DNA of 47,823 nucleotides, filler included, from Trypethelium eluteriae (Eukaryota): NCBI GenBank assembly GCA_051942245.1. It is 2 parts of 2 records of this genome, joined end to end, with 100 filler letters (N's around TTAATTAATTAA, not from the genome) between each part and the next. Parts side by side here need not be neighbours in the genome. Positions count along the whole stretch, not along the records: positions 1 to 23,865 come from JAVECL010000412.1; positions 23,966 to 47,823 come from JAVECL010000413.1. One strand, 5' to 3'. Shown piece by piece: positions 22,701 to 34,063 of this stretch (position 1 is its first letter; each line of letters starts with the position of its first letter). The notes under the pieces were generated by a model. It saw only the letters and a program-made list of their open reading frames with translations, ran no database searches and was not told where the DNA came from. The position numbers and the translations under genes were made by a program.

Positions 22701-23414
22701 GCTTAATGGTAGGAGAGCGGACGACAATCTCGCAGGGCGGGAAGAGAAGCTTCAATGAGAAGGAGATCACACCGTGAATAATCAGCTATCATCGGAATTT
22801 GAAAACTTGACCCGGCGTTGGTCGGTATTCTTGATGGGATCCGGGGAAGTTCGGATCATGACCGCACAAAAGAGAAGCAATGATGACACGGCTCAGAACG
22901 ACGCATGAACAACGTCTCTGTAAACGCCTGGTGGGGTGTCTGGAGGAAGAGATGTTGGTTTTAGATTTGAAGCTGAAGCTAGTCACCGCTAGTTATGGGC
23001 AGTAGGCTCGGCCATATCCGTGCTTAGTCAACTCTGTGGGTTCCTGCCATTCTCTGCTCCTTCACCATGACTCGTGTACCGTCCCCGCCCTATTTAGAGT
23101 ATGCCTTAACCAGCAGTGGGTTTCGATAACATTACAAGCTCCGTAGGAACATTTCAACATGTTATCAAATAACATGTTCCAGTATCGCCGGAATATTCTG
23201 CATCGTACTTCTACGATCTCTACCGTAGGAACTTATAAAATCCTCCAAAACAAGTAGGCCAGCAATGCAATGCTAGAGTGTCTATCGAAGAATGCAAAGA
23301 TGCCCCACATCCATGACCCATGCCTCAGTTCCAAACTTCCGTTCACACCCGGCCAACAATCTACTTTCTCCCATTAAAAATGCAAATCTCTCATCTCCTC
23401 CCCATCCGGCACCC

Positions 23415-23865
23415 TCAATCCCGACTTGTCCTCTCATCCAACTTCACCTCAGCCACCGGCGCATCCTCCACCCCCTCGCTTGGAGCGCGGACTCTCATGA
23501 TCCCGCTCTCCAAACCAGGCGTATCGAGCATCTCCTCATCGGTGTCCCTCTGTACCGGCGTTCCGAATCCCGGGTGCACCGGCTCATCCCCAAAATCCTC
23601 AAGCATTCGATTCCCCAGCTCTTCTCCAAGCGCACTCCCCGCAGCCACCTGATCACTCGCAGCATCACCCTCCACATCCGCATCCACATCTGCCACGCCA
23701 TCATCCTCAACACCAGCCATCACCCCCGTCGGCGCCAAACTAGAGAAGTCCCAGACCGGAGCCGCAATGTTGTAATTGCCCGGCGTCGCAGGCCCGTACG
23801 TAGGGAGTCCATGCAGATTCACTTCCTCCCCCTCCTCATCATCTCCCATCTTGACTCCCTCATCC
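23415..23865 (-). CDS. Acidic C-terminal fragment of a gene truncated by the gap (possibly the tail of a Ubp12-like ubiquitin hydrolase; weak)
   Basis: Open frame from the gap to the stop at 23415 with coding-like composition (PTYGP...WDFS...DAASDQVA...RMLEDFGDE...PVAEVKLDE). The family guess is from recollection only. Confidence 0.55.
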
Positions 23866-23965
23866 NNNNNNNNNNNNNNNNNNNNNNNNNNNNNNNNNNN
23901 NNNNNNNNNTTAATTAATTAANNNNNNNNNNNNNNNNNNNNNNNNNNNNNNNNNNNNNNNNNNNN
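23866..23965. other. Artificial contig spacer: 44 N + TTAATTAATTAA (23910-23921) + 44 N
   Basis: Exactly 100 nt and symmetric; the palindromic 12-mer puts a stop codon in all six frames. Confidence 0.95.
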
Positions 23966-26900
23966 GGCGGCACAAAAAGCGCCACCTTCGGCAAGCTAAA
24001 GCTGACCCCCTGCCCTCCTCCGCTCCCCGCATCGCTCTCCCGCCGCTTATGCGGCCGACTAAACCGCGCCGACCCCCGCGGTCCCTTGACGACTTTGGCA
24101 TCCTTCGGGACGCCAGCAGGACGCTTCTCAGACGATTTCTTCGAGGAAGTCGGGGAGGGTGGCGGATCGCCGGATGATGATGAGGAGGCGGCAGGTTCGG
24201 CGGGCGCGACTTCCTCGATGATGGCGTCCTCGGCTGGGGCGGGTGCGGCTTCTTCGGCAGGCGGCGCGACTTCTTCAACGGGAGGCGCGGGCTCTTCTTC
24301 GGGTGCGGCAGGGGGCTCTTCGACGGGAGCGGCGGGCTCTTCGGGTGCGGCTGGTGGTTCTTCTGCGGCGGGACTGTCGTCGGCGGGCCGTGGAGCTTCT
24401 TCGGCTGGAGGTGCTGGCTCAGGAGCGGGGTCTTCAGCAGGAGGTGCAGGCTCTTCAGCAGGAGGGGCGGGCTCTTCAGCTGCTGCTGCTTCAGGATTCT
24501 CGGGAGGCGCAGGAGGGTCCTCGGCTGGTGCTTCTGCCTCCGCCGCAGGTGGTGAAGCCTCTTCAGCGGGAGCTGCTGCTTCTCCAGCTTCCTCCGATTG
24601 CTCTCCAGCCGGTGGCCCCTCGGCGGGTGACTCTTCAGGACCTGCGGCGTCGCCTGAAGGATCTTCTTCTGCACCTTGCTCTTCCTCTCCTCCCTTGGGT
24701 TCTTCTGCAGCCGGAGGAGCTTCTGCCTCCGCCGCCGCCTCTGCTTCTGCTTCTGCTTCTGCTTCTGCTACCGGTTCGCCGGGTTCGGCGAACTCAGCGG
24801 GGTCTCCGGCCTCTCCAGCAGGTGCTTCTCCCTCCGATGGCTTTACATCCTCTGCAGGGGGTGCAGGCTCATCCTCTTTCGGTGCGTCTTCCGGATTAGC
24901 TTCTTCTCCACCTTCCGCCGTCTCCTCGGCTGGCTCGCCTGTGGGTTCAGCTCCTTCCGCAGCTGCAGCCGGCTCTTCACCTGCTTTCTCTCCGCCGTCA
25001 TCGCCCTCACCTGACTCAGCCGCGTCCACAGCTTCAGGCTTTGAATCCTCACCCTCGCCGGCAGCTGGAGCCACTTCTCCTGGAGCGTTTACCGAAGCAT
25101 CTGCGGGTGCGTCTGCTGGTGCACTAGGTTCTTTTCCTTCTGTCGCATCGCCACTGTCGGGTTCAGCATTGTCAGTACCGGCTTGTTCTGCCTCTGCCTC
25201 GGCTGTAGGAACCTCCGTGGTCGCTTCGTCGCCAGAACTTGGCTCTGGAGGACTTGGCTCTGGAGGACTTGGCTCTTGAGGACTTGGCTCTTCTTGTAAC
25301 TCCGACTCTTTGGCTTCATTAGGAGCTGGCTCCTCTGGTGCTTCACCACCGGCAGCTTCGTCCTGGGCGGCGTCCTCAGCAGCACCGTCTTCCTCTTCCA
25401 CGGTATCCAGTTTCTCAGGTGCTGTAGGTGCAGGCTCCTCGGCTGCAACAGGCTCTTCTGCTGGAGGAGGTTCTGGTGCAGGTGTTTCTTCTTCCACCGG
25501 AGGCGGGGAGGGAGACATTGGCGGAGATATAGGCAGGGACACAGGCAGCGGCACAGGCGCTGGAGCAGGGGCTGCCATTTCCTTACCTGCTCTTGCAGAT
25601 TCAAACTCCTTTTTCAACTTATATCGTTCATTCTTCTGCATCATGAGCTTCTCTTCTGCCTGTAGTCTGAGAAGTTCGGTCTGTTGCCGGATGAGCGCCT
25701 CCTGTACTTCGACTAATTTCTCACTGAGCAACTTGTCACTATTTCTCCTTTTGCTCTTGCCCTTTTTACTCTTCTTCTTGGGGGGCTGTGGTGGTGCACT
25801 GACGGGAACGGCCTCTGAAGCGGGAGGTGCGGGAGCAGGAGGTGGAGGAGCGGGTTCCGCCGGTGGTGGAGCTGCCTCTGGTGGAGCAGCTACCTCTGCC
25901 GGTGCTGGTTCTTCAGCCGGAGCTGGATCTTCCGCTGCCGGAGTATCTTCTGGCAGGGGAGCTTCATAGACTGGCGCTGCTTCTTCTATCGGGGCTTCCT
26001 CTGCTGGGGGAGCTTTGTCCGCCGGGCTCGACTCCTCTAAGGGTGGATCACTCGCTGGAATGGGCTCCTCAGCAGCAGCAACAGCTTCTTCGGCGGGTGC
26101 TTCTGTAGGAGTAGGCTCCTCACTGGCAGCATCAGCTTCTTCAGGAGCAGGTGATGCAGAGTCAGCATCACCAGCAGGCGCGGCCGTGCTGCCGTCACCT
26201 TCCGGCTTTTCTCCCGTAGGTGGCTGATCATCTCCTGCAGCCTCTTCTGCAGCTTCTGGAGCAGAGGCATCCTCATGCGAATCTGCAGAAGCTTCTGCAT
26301 CTTCGGCGTGGGGTTCTTCTGCAGGCGGAGCGTCATCAGCAGGGGCTGCTTCAGATCCAGGAGGTATCTCGGCAGGAGCGGCATCGACCTTAAACCCGTC
26401 AGCAAGATCACCTCATATCAGAAGTACCCATGCATTTCACTAACCGCTTCGGTGTCACCACCTGCAGCTGACTCAGCAGTTGAGTCAGGGGCAGTCTCCG
26501 CCACTTCTTCCGCAGGTGCGGGTGCAGGCTCGGGCTCGGGCTCAGGTTCGGGGGCGGCAGGCGCCGGCGGTGGAGCAGGAGGCTCCGCTTTATTTTTGCC
26601 TTTGGACTTCTTCTTGCCCTTCGATTTCCCGAAGAGTTTGATTCTCCCTTTGCTAGGCTTGGGTTCTTTTGTTCCAGGAGCAAACGAGATTTTCTTCTCA
26701 CCGTCCGCAGCCGTAGGACTCGGTTCAGGGTCCGGCGCTGGGGGTTCAGAAGGAGTATCTCCTGCTGGCTCAGGAGGAGCTTCCTCTACTGGCTCGGAAG
26801 GAGCCTCACTCGGTGGTTCGGGAGCAGCTTCCCCTGCTGGCTCTGGAGGAGCGTCTGCTGCTGGTTCAGGCTCTGCATCAAGACCGGGTGTGCTGTCTTG

Positions 26901-27714
26901 GGGTGGTTCGTCGGCAACAGGCTCCTCAGGCGGAGGAGCATCTGCAGGCGGAGCCTCGGGCTCTTCAACCTCTGGTGGAGGTCCTGGATCCGCATCTTCT
27001 GCAGGAGGCTCTGAAGGTTCTGCTTCTCCAGGTTCAGGAGGGGCTTCGTCTGGGATAGGTTCAACAGCGGGTTCTTCCGCAGGTTCGGGTTGAGCTTCAT
27101 CGGCAGGTGGAGGAGTAGCATCATCTGGGCTTGGCGCTGGCTGTTCTTCTGCTTCTGGAGGTGGTGCAGCCTCAGGCTCTCCAGTATCTTCCGGAGCTTC
27201 TGCAGGGGCGGGGTCCGCAGGGAGTGCTTCTTCTCCGCCTTCCTCTGGTGGGGGAGTGTCGGTCGAAGTGGCCTCTGCAGGTGGACTGCTCTCTTCCGTC
27301 GCGTGGGCTTCTGGTTCAGAGGGTGGAGGCGGAGCACTCTCTTCCGGAGCTGCTACCGGAGGCTCTTCAGGCGGCGACGGGGCCTCATCGGCTCCTGGAG
27401 CGGGTTCTGAGGGTTGGGGTGGCTCCTCGGCTAGATCATAGGAACCTTGTTAGCTCTTAATCGACGAGAAGCCGAAGTTTCGCGTGCTTGCCTTTCTCTA
27501 CAGGCTCAGCGGGCTGCTCCTCTTCCTCCTCGTCTTCATCTTCGTCCTCGGAAGAGTGATATAGATAAATGGGTCTCACTACTCTCTTGTATGTTTGTGC
27601 ATCTGCTGCCGGACCCGGGCGTAGCACTCTGTATGGAGTAGGCGCGGATGAAAATGGATCCTGCCACGGAGAAAAGGATATTTGGGCTTGTCCAAATCGC
27701 TGGAGGTTAGCCAT
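23966..27714 (-). CDS. Large low-complexity Pro/Glu/Ala-rich protein (>1200 aa), 3'-truncated by the gap; exons 27714-27492, 27430-26445, 26388-<23966
   Basis: Frames join through a GC-AG intron 27491-27431 (GCAAGC...GCTAAC...TAG) and a GT-AG intron 26444-26389 (GTTAGT...GCTGAC...AAG). EEPAPPA-type repeats, two Lys-rich patches and a coiled-coil-like segment (LSEKLVEVQEALIRQQTELLRLQAEEK). Confidence 0.8.
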
Positions 27715-29118
27715 GGCTGACACCGGGGAAACACTGCGGTGGCACGAGGACGATCACGCTTGGAAAGCCACGGGAGTTTTGTATTCATCGCGCAGGTGAG
27801 CAGGTGCTGTATCGAGAAGGTGAGGGGCGAAGTGGTGTAACGAATAGAAAGTCATTGCATGTCAATCATGGCAAGCATAACCCAAAGAGAGAGCGATTAG
27901 GGTCGGAAGGTGACTAGGAAAGTGAAATTGCAGATTGACAAGAAAAGATACGAAACGTCAGAGACCAAATCATCGCTTAGTAGAAGTTGCACCGAACCAC
28001 AGAGCAAGGAATCTGACCCTACCAGCAGCAATTGGAGCCACGTCAAGTGCAGTAAGACGATTCGTTGAGTATCACGATGGGCCGACCAACGGGCGGAGCC
28101 GTCCCGAATGATGCGTCGTCGGTCAAATTGAGCTGCAGCCATGCATGATGAGGGAACGACCATTGAACCATTGGCTTGGTGACTAAAGTATGGGCGTGGA
28201 TCTTCTACTGGGCTGCCAAAGGTGGGAACATCGTCGTCTCAATGAAAGGCCGAGACATAAGCGACGACTTCTGCGGTGTCTGGATACCGCCATACCTAGC
28301 CGCGGTGCTCAGGCACTTTCCACATGGCCGAGCGACAAGTTTTCGTCGTGGGGTGTGGAGAAGGGGATGACGGGGTGGGAGACGCACGATACGGTAGGAA
28401 TTGACGAATTGATGGCCTTGCAGGATAATCCATGCTGGCGCCCCATCTTCCTACCGTTCCACTATCGGTCTGCGACGTGGACTGTCCCCTTTCGAGCCTT
28501 CTAGCGCCCTTTTCTTTTCTTCTCGGCATACGCAGATCTGTCTTGGTGCTTAAGGCTGGCGGAGCACGACAGCACGACAGCAATCGCCAGCCAAGGATTG
28601 ATGATGGGTGCAAAGCTTGTACCTCGCCCTGCTCCAATTCATTGGCTAGGAATTATGGCAGGCAGCGCCAGGCTCGGCCACTGTGCAATGACACGGACGG
28701 TTGCTGTAAGTTCGTCGGTTAACAGGATAAAATCACACAGAATCTATGGAGTCAACAGACAGATATCCAATTAAATTTGTTGTTGGGTGGTCGGTATGCA
28801 AGATTCAATGGGATGAAGCCCCAAGCCGCAATGAGAAGGTCATGAGATACTATAACCACGTTTTCCCTAACCATGAAGTTACGCCAAAAAGAGAGAGAAA
28901 AAAAAAAATAACGGCATGGGAATCAATGGTAGTGAAGACCAATCGAACTCCTGTGGTGGAAGAGCACGGTCCCGTCTACGCCTGAGCAAAGCCGTTCACT
29001 CATCAGAGATGGTCACATCTATCCACTCCCGCAACATGGTCTACCCTTCTAAGTCGCCCTTTCCCATTTCGCCTTGGCCCCTCTCCAGATACTCCGAATA
29101 TGGGGACGGCCAAATGGT

Positions 29119-30033
29119 TTAGTTATATAAGTGCACTCTCCGTCTTTCCCCGCCATGTCTAAAGTCTTCAGCTATATTCCTGGCGCTTTCCATGCGTTCA
29201 CTCTCTTCAGCAGCTTGCAAAAGAGCATGAATACTGCTTCTTGCCCCTCTTCGGATCTCGCTCTCGCCAATGTTCTGCACTTCCGCTGAGTCATATTCAG
29301 TGATTTCCGATCCGTCAGGGCTAGCCAGTCGTGCGCTGTCATCGCTGTGCTCCATTCGCATAGAATGTGATGAGCCAGAGGAGCTCGATTGCCCCTTCAA
29401 AGCTTCCAGAGACGGTCTCTGCGGGGGTAGCGCCGAATCGCAGCCCTCGATAGAGGGCGAGGCTTCATACCTGCGCCGGAACTCCTCGAGGTATCTCTGG
29501 TGTTCTCGGAACGTATCCGTCCTCCTATATTGCTGCATCGTTTCGGTATAGAACTGCATTGCTCGTGCTGCTCGGATGTCCCAGAGAAATTTTTCTTCGC
29601 GTGGCATCGCCTGCCATCTCATTCCCACCACTCGGGAGATTTCGATAAACGATAGTGAGGAGATGACTGGGTCTGTCCGTAAATGGTCGGCGAACATAAC
29701 GTAGGCTGTCTTAGGGCGTTTGGGAGCGTGCGGGTCGGCTCGCGGGTGTCTTCGATACCTTCTCTTTGTGATGCTTCCTACGCTAGATTTGGGGGAGTGC
29801 GAGATGTAGCTTCCTCGAGAAAGCGGCGTCGAGGATCGAGAGTTGGAGTCACAGATGGGACTCTCGGCTATAGCTCTCTGGAGAATGCGGCGGTGGCCCA
29901 ACTTGAAGCCAAGTTGGCGGAGATCTTCTTCAGTGATGTCTTGGACAACATCCCACGTGTCGAAGCCGTTATCAAGAAGGATCTGCAGGTACTGACTTAG
30001 GTTGAGCTCGGCGAGAATAGTATCTAATGACAT
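29119..30033 (-). CDS. SAM-domain + HMG-box protein
   Basis: SAM: LAELNLSQYLQILLDNGFDTWDVVQDITEEDLRQLGFKLGHRRILQRAI. HMG box: KRRYRRHPRADPHAPKRPKTAYVMFADHLR...SFIEISRVVGMRWQAM. An upstream in-frame ATG is also possible. Confidence 0.9.
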   Translation of the reverse strand: MSLDTILAELNLSQYLQILLDNGFDTWDVVQDITEEDLRQLGFKLGHRRILQRAIAESPICDSNSRSSTPLSRGSYISHSPKSSVGSITKRRYRRHPRADPHAPKRPKTAYVMFADHLRTDPVISSLSFIEISRVVGMRWQAMPREEKFLWDIRAARAMQFYTETMQQYRRTDTFREHQRYLEEFRRRYEASPSIEGCDSALPPQRPSLEALKGQSSSSGSSHSMRMEHSDDSARLASPDGSEITEYDSAEVQNIGESEIRRGARSSIHALLQAAEESERMESARNIAEDFRHGGERRRVHLYN

Positions 30034-30892
30034 TGTTGCTGTTGTTCCTCTTGTCGCCCTCTCAAGTTCCATAAAAGATTTCAAGAGACGTCCCTTCCAC
30101 GCAACAGCATGCCAGGAGCAAGACCGCAGCCATAGCTGCTGCCATCGTACGTACGCGTGCGTGAGACATAGACTGGCCCGCAGGCCATATTGACAGGGGA
30201 GAGGATTGCACGAGGGGGTTGAGAGGTCTGGACCAGGACCAAAAAGAGCGGCATGGACGATGGATCTTTCCTAGATTTCCGATGCACCGGCGAACCGAGA
30301 GATGGAAGGCATGGTGTTTCGGGGTAGAAAGGTCGATGATCATCTCGATCAACAAATGAGGTGGCATGGTAAGAATGAATTTCCTTATGGGGATCACCGA
30401 TGTGAGAATCTAGACTTGCACGACTTGGTGCACGGTCGCCATCTCCGGGTCCGACCGGTCGAGACCGTCCCATCCTTCAACAACACCATTGGGCCAACTT
30501 TTTGTCCAGGTGGCGTAGCATGGCCTTTGCGAATGCACCTTTTTCAAATGCTATCCATCGACGGTCACATGCGCATTTGCGATGAGACGATTGAGCGACA
30601 AACTGCAACTTCCCGGTCTATCGCAATGCTACTGTTGCTGAAGCCGGTGAGCCGCTTATGCCTTGCCGTGCGCCCGGATCGCCGCTGTAAAGGTATCACC
30701 CTTCCGAATGTATTCCCTGAACTAAATACCTAAGTATGCAGAATTGATTGTGTTGACACCAATGTTTCACAGCCTCAGCGTTGCATACTTGTCATGGGTC
30801 AAAAATAGCCATAGAAGCCCAACCTAAATCTACATCTCATGTCGATCCATTGTCCACCTAAGCTAGCCACGGAAATGACTTCTCCCCTACTC

Positions 30893-33010
30893 TCAGGATT
30901 GAAATCTATCCAGCATCATCAGATCATCAACTTCATCGCTTTCCTCGTCTTCTTCGCTTTCTTGCACTTCAATCACGCTATCGGTCTCCTCGTCAACAAA
31001 TTCCGCCCTCTCCCCTCGAAGCTGGGGAGCATCGATGCTCCGATTCCCTCTCTCCACGACCGCATTCCTACTTCTCTTGCTAGCTCTCTCGATAACATCG
31101 TCCTCTTCCCCAGCCCCTTCATCTGCCTCTTCTGACGTGGTTCCACTGACGGGGGCCAATGCGCTCTGGACGAAGCTACTTTGACTTGCCAGACCGCCAA
31201 TCGATCTCTTCCGCTTCTCTGCGTCTCTCTTTAGAGCTGCCTTGTCTTCAGGGCCCGCAATGCCATCCAATTCTTTGATATACCTCACCCATCTTCTGGG
31301 ATTCCTATTTTCGTCATGTTTCGAGGTCTCAATGCCGTTCAAGCTCTCCACGTCCAACGCCTCGGCCCTAGTATCCGTCCACAGCCACTTTCGTCCCTCC
31401 CTCGATAGTCGCTTGTCGCGTTTTCGAGCATGGCTTCTTGCCTCCAAGGTTCCCTGAAGACCCGAAGAAAGTTCCATTGACTGCTTGACGATTTCGTTGG
31501 CAGTGGGCTCCAAGGATGAAAACCAGAGTTGTAGAGCTTTGCTGTCGTAGCAACGACCAAGGATGCTGTTGAAAGTTATCTGCATTGATTGATCGCCAGC
31601 ATGCATCGGATACCATTTCCCAAAACCGTGAATGCCGGCTGGTATCAAACCAAAGCTTGGCCTGACGGGCTGCGCACCCGGTGATGCTTTTTTCACGTCT
31701 ATGGTGTAAGCTTTGCCAGTGACAATGACTCTACTATTGTATGGATGGCCATCACTCTGGTCGTCATGGCTTGCTTGGTGGAGATCCGAGAACTTGAGTT
31801 TGATTGCAGTGATCTTCAAAATGTCTGTTACTTTCGCTGTGTCGAGTATTGGCAAAAGGCGTATAGTATCACCAACGACTACTAGTTCAGAACCTAAGTA
31901 GAGACCTTTGCAGAAGATGTCGGATGAAGGCCATGTGCCCCGGAAACGATGTTTGCTAAGAAGCGTGAGAGAAGAAGCGAGAGTTTTGGCGTTTTGGACC
32001 GTCTCATGTATTTTCTCCTGAGGCGTGCCATGCAGGATTTCTGTCCAGAATGCGAAGGGTCTAATGTGATGCAGCGGTACGTATTTGTATTGCCGAGAGA
32101 ATGGTTTGTCCTTGCTATTCGGATCTGAGATCGGCTCGACTCTGAAACCAGCGTAGTTAACTTGGTAGTCTTTATTGGACTGTCGTATCAATTCCTGCAT
32201 TTGTAGCTCCTCTTGTGCGACTTGTGTAATGACACCTGCTTCCCACAGCGGAAAGCCCTCCCATTGTTTCTGGTCCTGCTTAAAGATCTTGAATACCCCA
32301 CTTGGATCACGTTGGATCATATCATGCTTGTCAAGATGGCGAACAAAGAGAACGAGCTCCCCCAGTCTAGGTATCCATGATGGCTGAGTGGGGAGTTTCT
32401 CAAGCATTTCTTGGAGATGCTCGCTCTCGACTCGCCAGTCTAACGACATGTGCTCCTCAATCGAGACATCGATCTGTCTGTCTCGTTGAAGTTTGTTAAT
32501 TAACGATCGATAGATATCTGGCGTGCCTTCAGCATCCAGCGGCGGAGGGGGCTCTTTGGTGGGAGGTCGACCCCTTGGCTTGGCTCCGATAATGGGTATA
32601 CTGGGAAGTCGATTTCCTCCTACAGGGGGAATTTTGCTACCTTTGGCTCCACATACTGTGCATGGACACCCTGCATTTGTGCCATGATCCATTAAATGCA
32701 GAAAATGCGGGAAAAATCTATTGGGAGAGTCGAAGTATTTGTGGCTTGGATGTCCGAATAGCCACTTGTCGATGATCTTTTCTGAGGTGGACCTGCGCTT
32801 TGCCCACAGAGTGTAACCGTCAGGAAGTCGATTGAGTATGTATCGGACTCCAGTGACAGCTTCACCTCTATGGTGCATCCATAAAGCAGCAATCTTCTCG
32901 AGATAGAGCGTAGCGTCTGCCTTCCAGTGCAATGTGGAATTCGGCACGTGGGTTGAATCTCCATCGGAAAAAGTGTCAATGGTAACGACTTGCGTCTGGT
33001 TGAGAGACAT
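30893..33010 (-). CDS. clr2: Cryptic loci regulator 2 (Clr2)-family transcriptional silencing protein
   Basis: SDGD...YLEKIA, LPDGYTLW, DKWLFGHPSHKYFDSPNRFFPHFLHLM..CPCTVC, PRLGELVLF, WEAGVITQ, GLYLGSELVVVGDTIRL, SILGRCY and WLWTDTRAEALD match the fungal Clr2 architecture. Confidence 0.85.
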   Translation of the reverse strand: MSLNQTQVVTIDTFSDGDSTHVPNSTLHWKADATLYLEKIAALWMHHRGEAVTGVRYILNRLPDGYTLWAKRRSTSEKIIDKWLFGHPSHKYFDSPNRFFPHFLHLMDHGTNAGCPCTVCGAKGSKIPPVGGNRLPSIPIIGAKPRGRPPTKEPPPPLDAEGTPDIYRSLINKLQRDRQIDVSIEEHMSLDWRVESEHLQEMLEKLPTQPSWIPRLGELVLFVRHLDKHDMIQRDPSGVFKIFKQDQKQWEGFPLWEAGVITQVAQEELQMQELIRQSNKDYQVNYAGFRVEPISDPNSKDKPFSRQYKYVPLHHIRPFAFWTEILHGTPQEKIHETVQNAKTLASSLTLLSKHRFRGTWPSSDIFCKGLYLGSELVVVGDTIRLLPILDTAKVTDILKITAIKLKFSDLHQASHDDQSDGHPYNSRVIVTGKAYTIDVKKASPGAQPVRPSFGLIPAGIHGFGKWYPMHAGDQSMQITFNSILGRCYDSKALQLWFSSLEPTANEIVKQSMELSSGLQGTLEARSHARKRDKRLSREGRKWLWTDTRAEALDVESLNGIETSKHDENRNPRRWVRYIKELDGIAGPEDKAALKRDAEKRKRSIGGLASQSSFVQSALAPVSGTTSEEADEGAGEEDDVIERASKRSRNAVVERGNRSIDAPQLRGERAEFVDEETDSVIEVQESEEDEESDEVDDLMMLDRFQS

Positions 33011-34063
33011 GGTTGTGCAAGCGCGATAGCTTTTGTAGACTCTCAGAAGTTGACAGGAGCCAAGGAATGCAGCCAACTCGAAGGAGCAGAGTGGCACTCA
33101 TCATGCGACAGATAAGAAATTCTGCTTGCAAGAAGTGAATGTAGAAAGTTTGCATGACTGCACCACTTCAGCATAGTGGTGAATGTTAGGGTTCTCGTGG
33201 AATGCGATGGGCCGCGAGGAGCTTTCGAAGGATTTCCATGAACACACACTCCCGGCGGATAATGTCAAGAAAAGGGAAGGGGTGAGTTGGGTACTAGAAG
33301 CAATCTAGTGATTTACTTGTGGTTTGCACCCAAACGCTTCCTTGAAGTTTGCATCTGTTCCGTGGAGATAAGACGTATTAGTTGTGTGAAAGTAAGAGAA
33401 GTCTTCGAGGTTCCTCGAGCTTTTCACAGCCAATCATCACTGCTAAGATGACGATGGTGATGGCGAGAGCGAGGGTTCAAAGACGGCTCGGAAGTGTTCA
33501 AGCGAGGGCGGAAGATGATTGGCACTGATTGGCGATGATTGGTGATCATGGCGGTGATGGCTTCGTCTGCATGATCGGAGCGCCGCCGATCGACTATCAC
33601 TTGCACCGACTTGTTTGCACTTTTCCACGCTGGGACGACCGTCACGATAAATTGTCATTCGTGGCGCCGCATTCAGCCTCAAACAGGCAATTCACCAGCT
33701 ATCAATTCCACATGGCTCTTGCCGACCTTATCCAACCTGTCTCTCATCGCCGGCCCCTCTACCTTCTCCTCTCTCTACATCCTGGAGTTTCTTGATCGCT
33801 TAATGCACCTTGTGTCATGCTTGTTTGTTCCTGACCTGAGAGACGAGACCAATTCCCTATTTCCTTTGTACCACCTTGGGCGCCAAGGCAGTGGGCTCTG
33901 ACATCGATCTCTTTGTCCACTCGCGAGACTGTCCTGCTCCGAACGGCACAATCAGAATGCTATGAGACCACCACACGTCGCGGCCAGCTACTTCAAGAGT
34001 TGGTCGATTCTCGGGCCTCTGCGTGCTGATTAGAGCAATTGATATTGAGTTAATCCAATCAAG

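Noticed and set aside
800..23300. Starship or other giant mobile element carrying NLR/HET cargo
   Set aside because: No DUF3435 tyrosine recombinase, transposase or terminal repeats recognised in the window.
23910..23921. Perfect palindrome TTAATTAATTAA
   Set aside because: Centred in a symmetric 100-nt N block; this is an artificial six-frame-stop linker, not biology.
23415..25731. Joining the Pro/Glu-rich ORF to the acidic ORF 23415-23849 as one gene
   Set aside because: They are separated by the artificial spacer, so true adjacency and distance are unknown.
24086..27460. Long plus-strand Gly/Ser/Ala-rich ORFs (24086-25279, 25310-25969, 26275-27093, etc.)
   Set aside because: Antisense shadows of the repetitive minus-strand Pro/Glu/Ala coding sequence.
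29119..30033. MAT1-2-1 mating-type HMG gene
   Set aside because: It has an N-terminal SAM domain, no intron in the HMG box, and no APN2/SLA2 neighbours.
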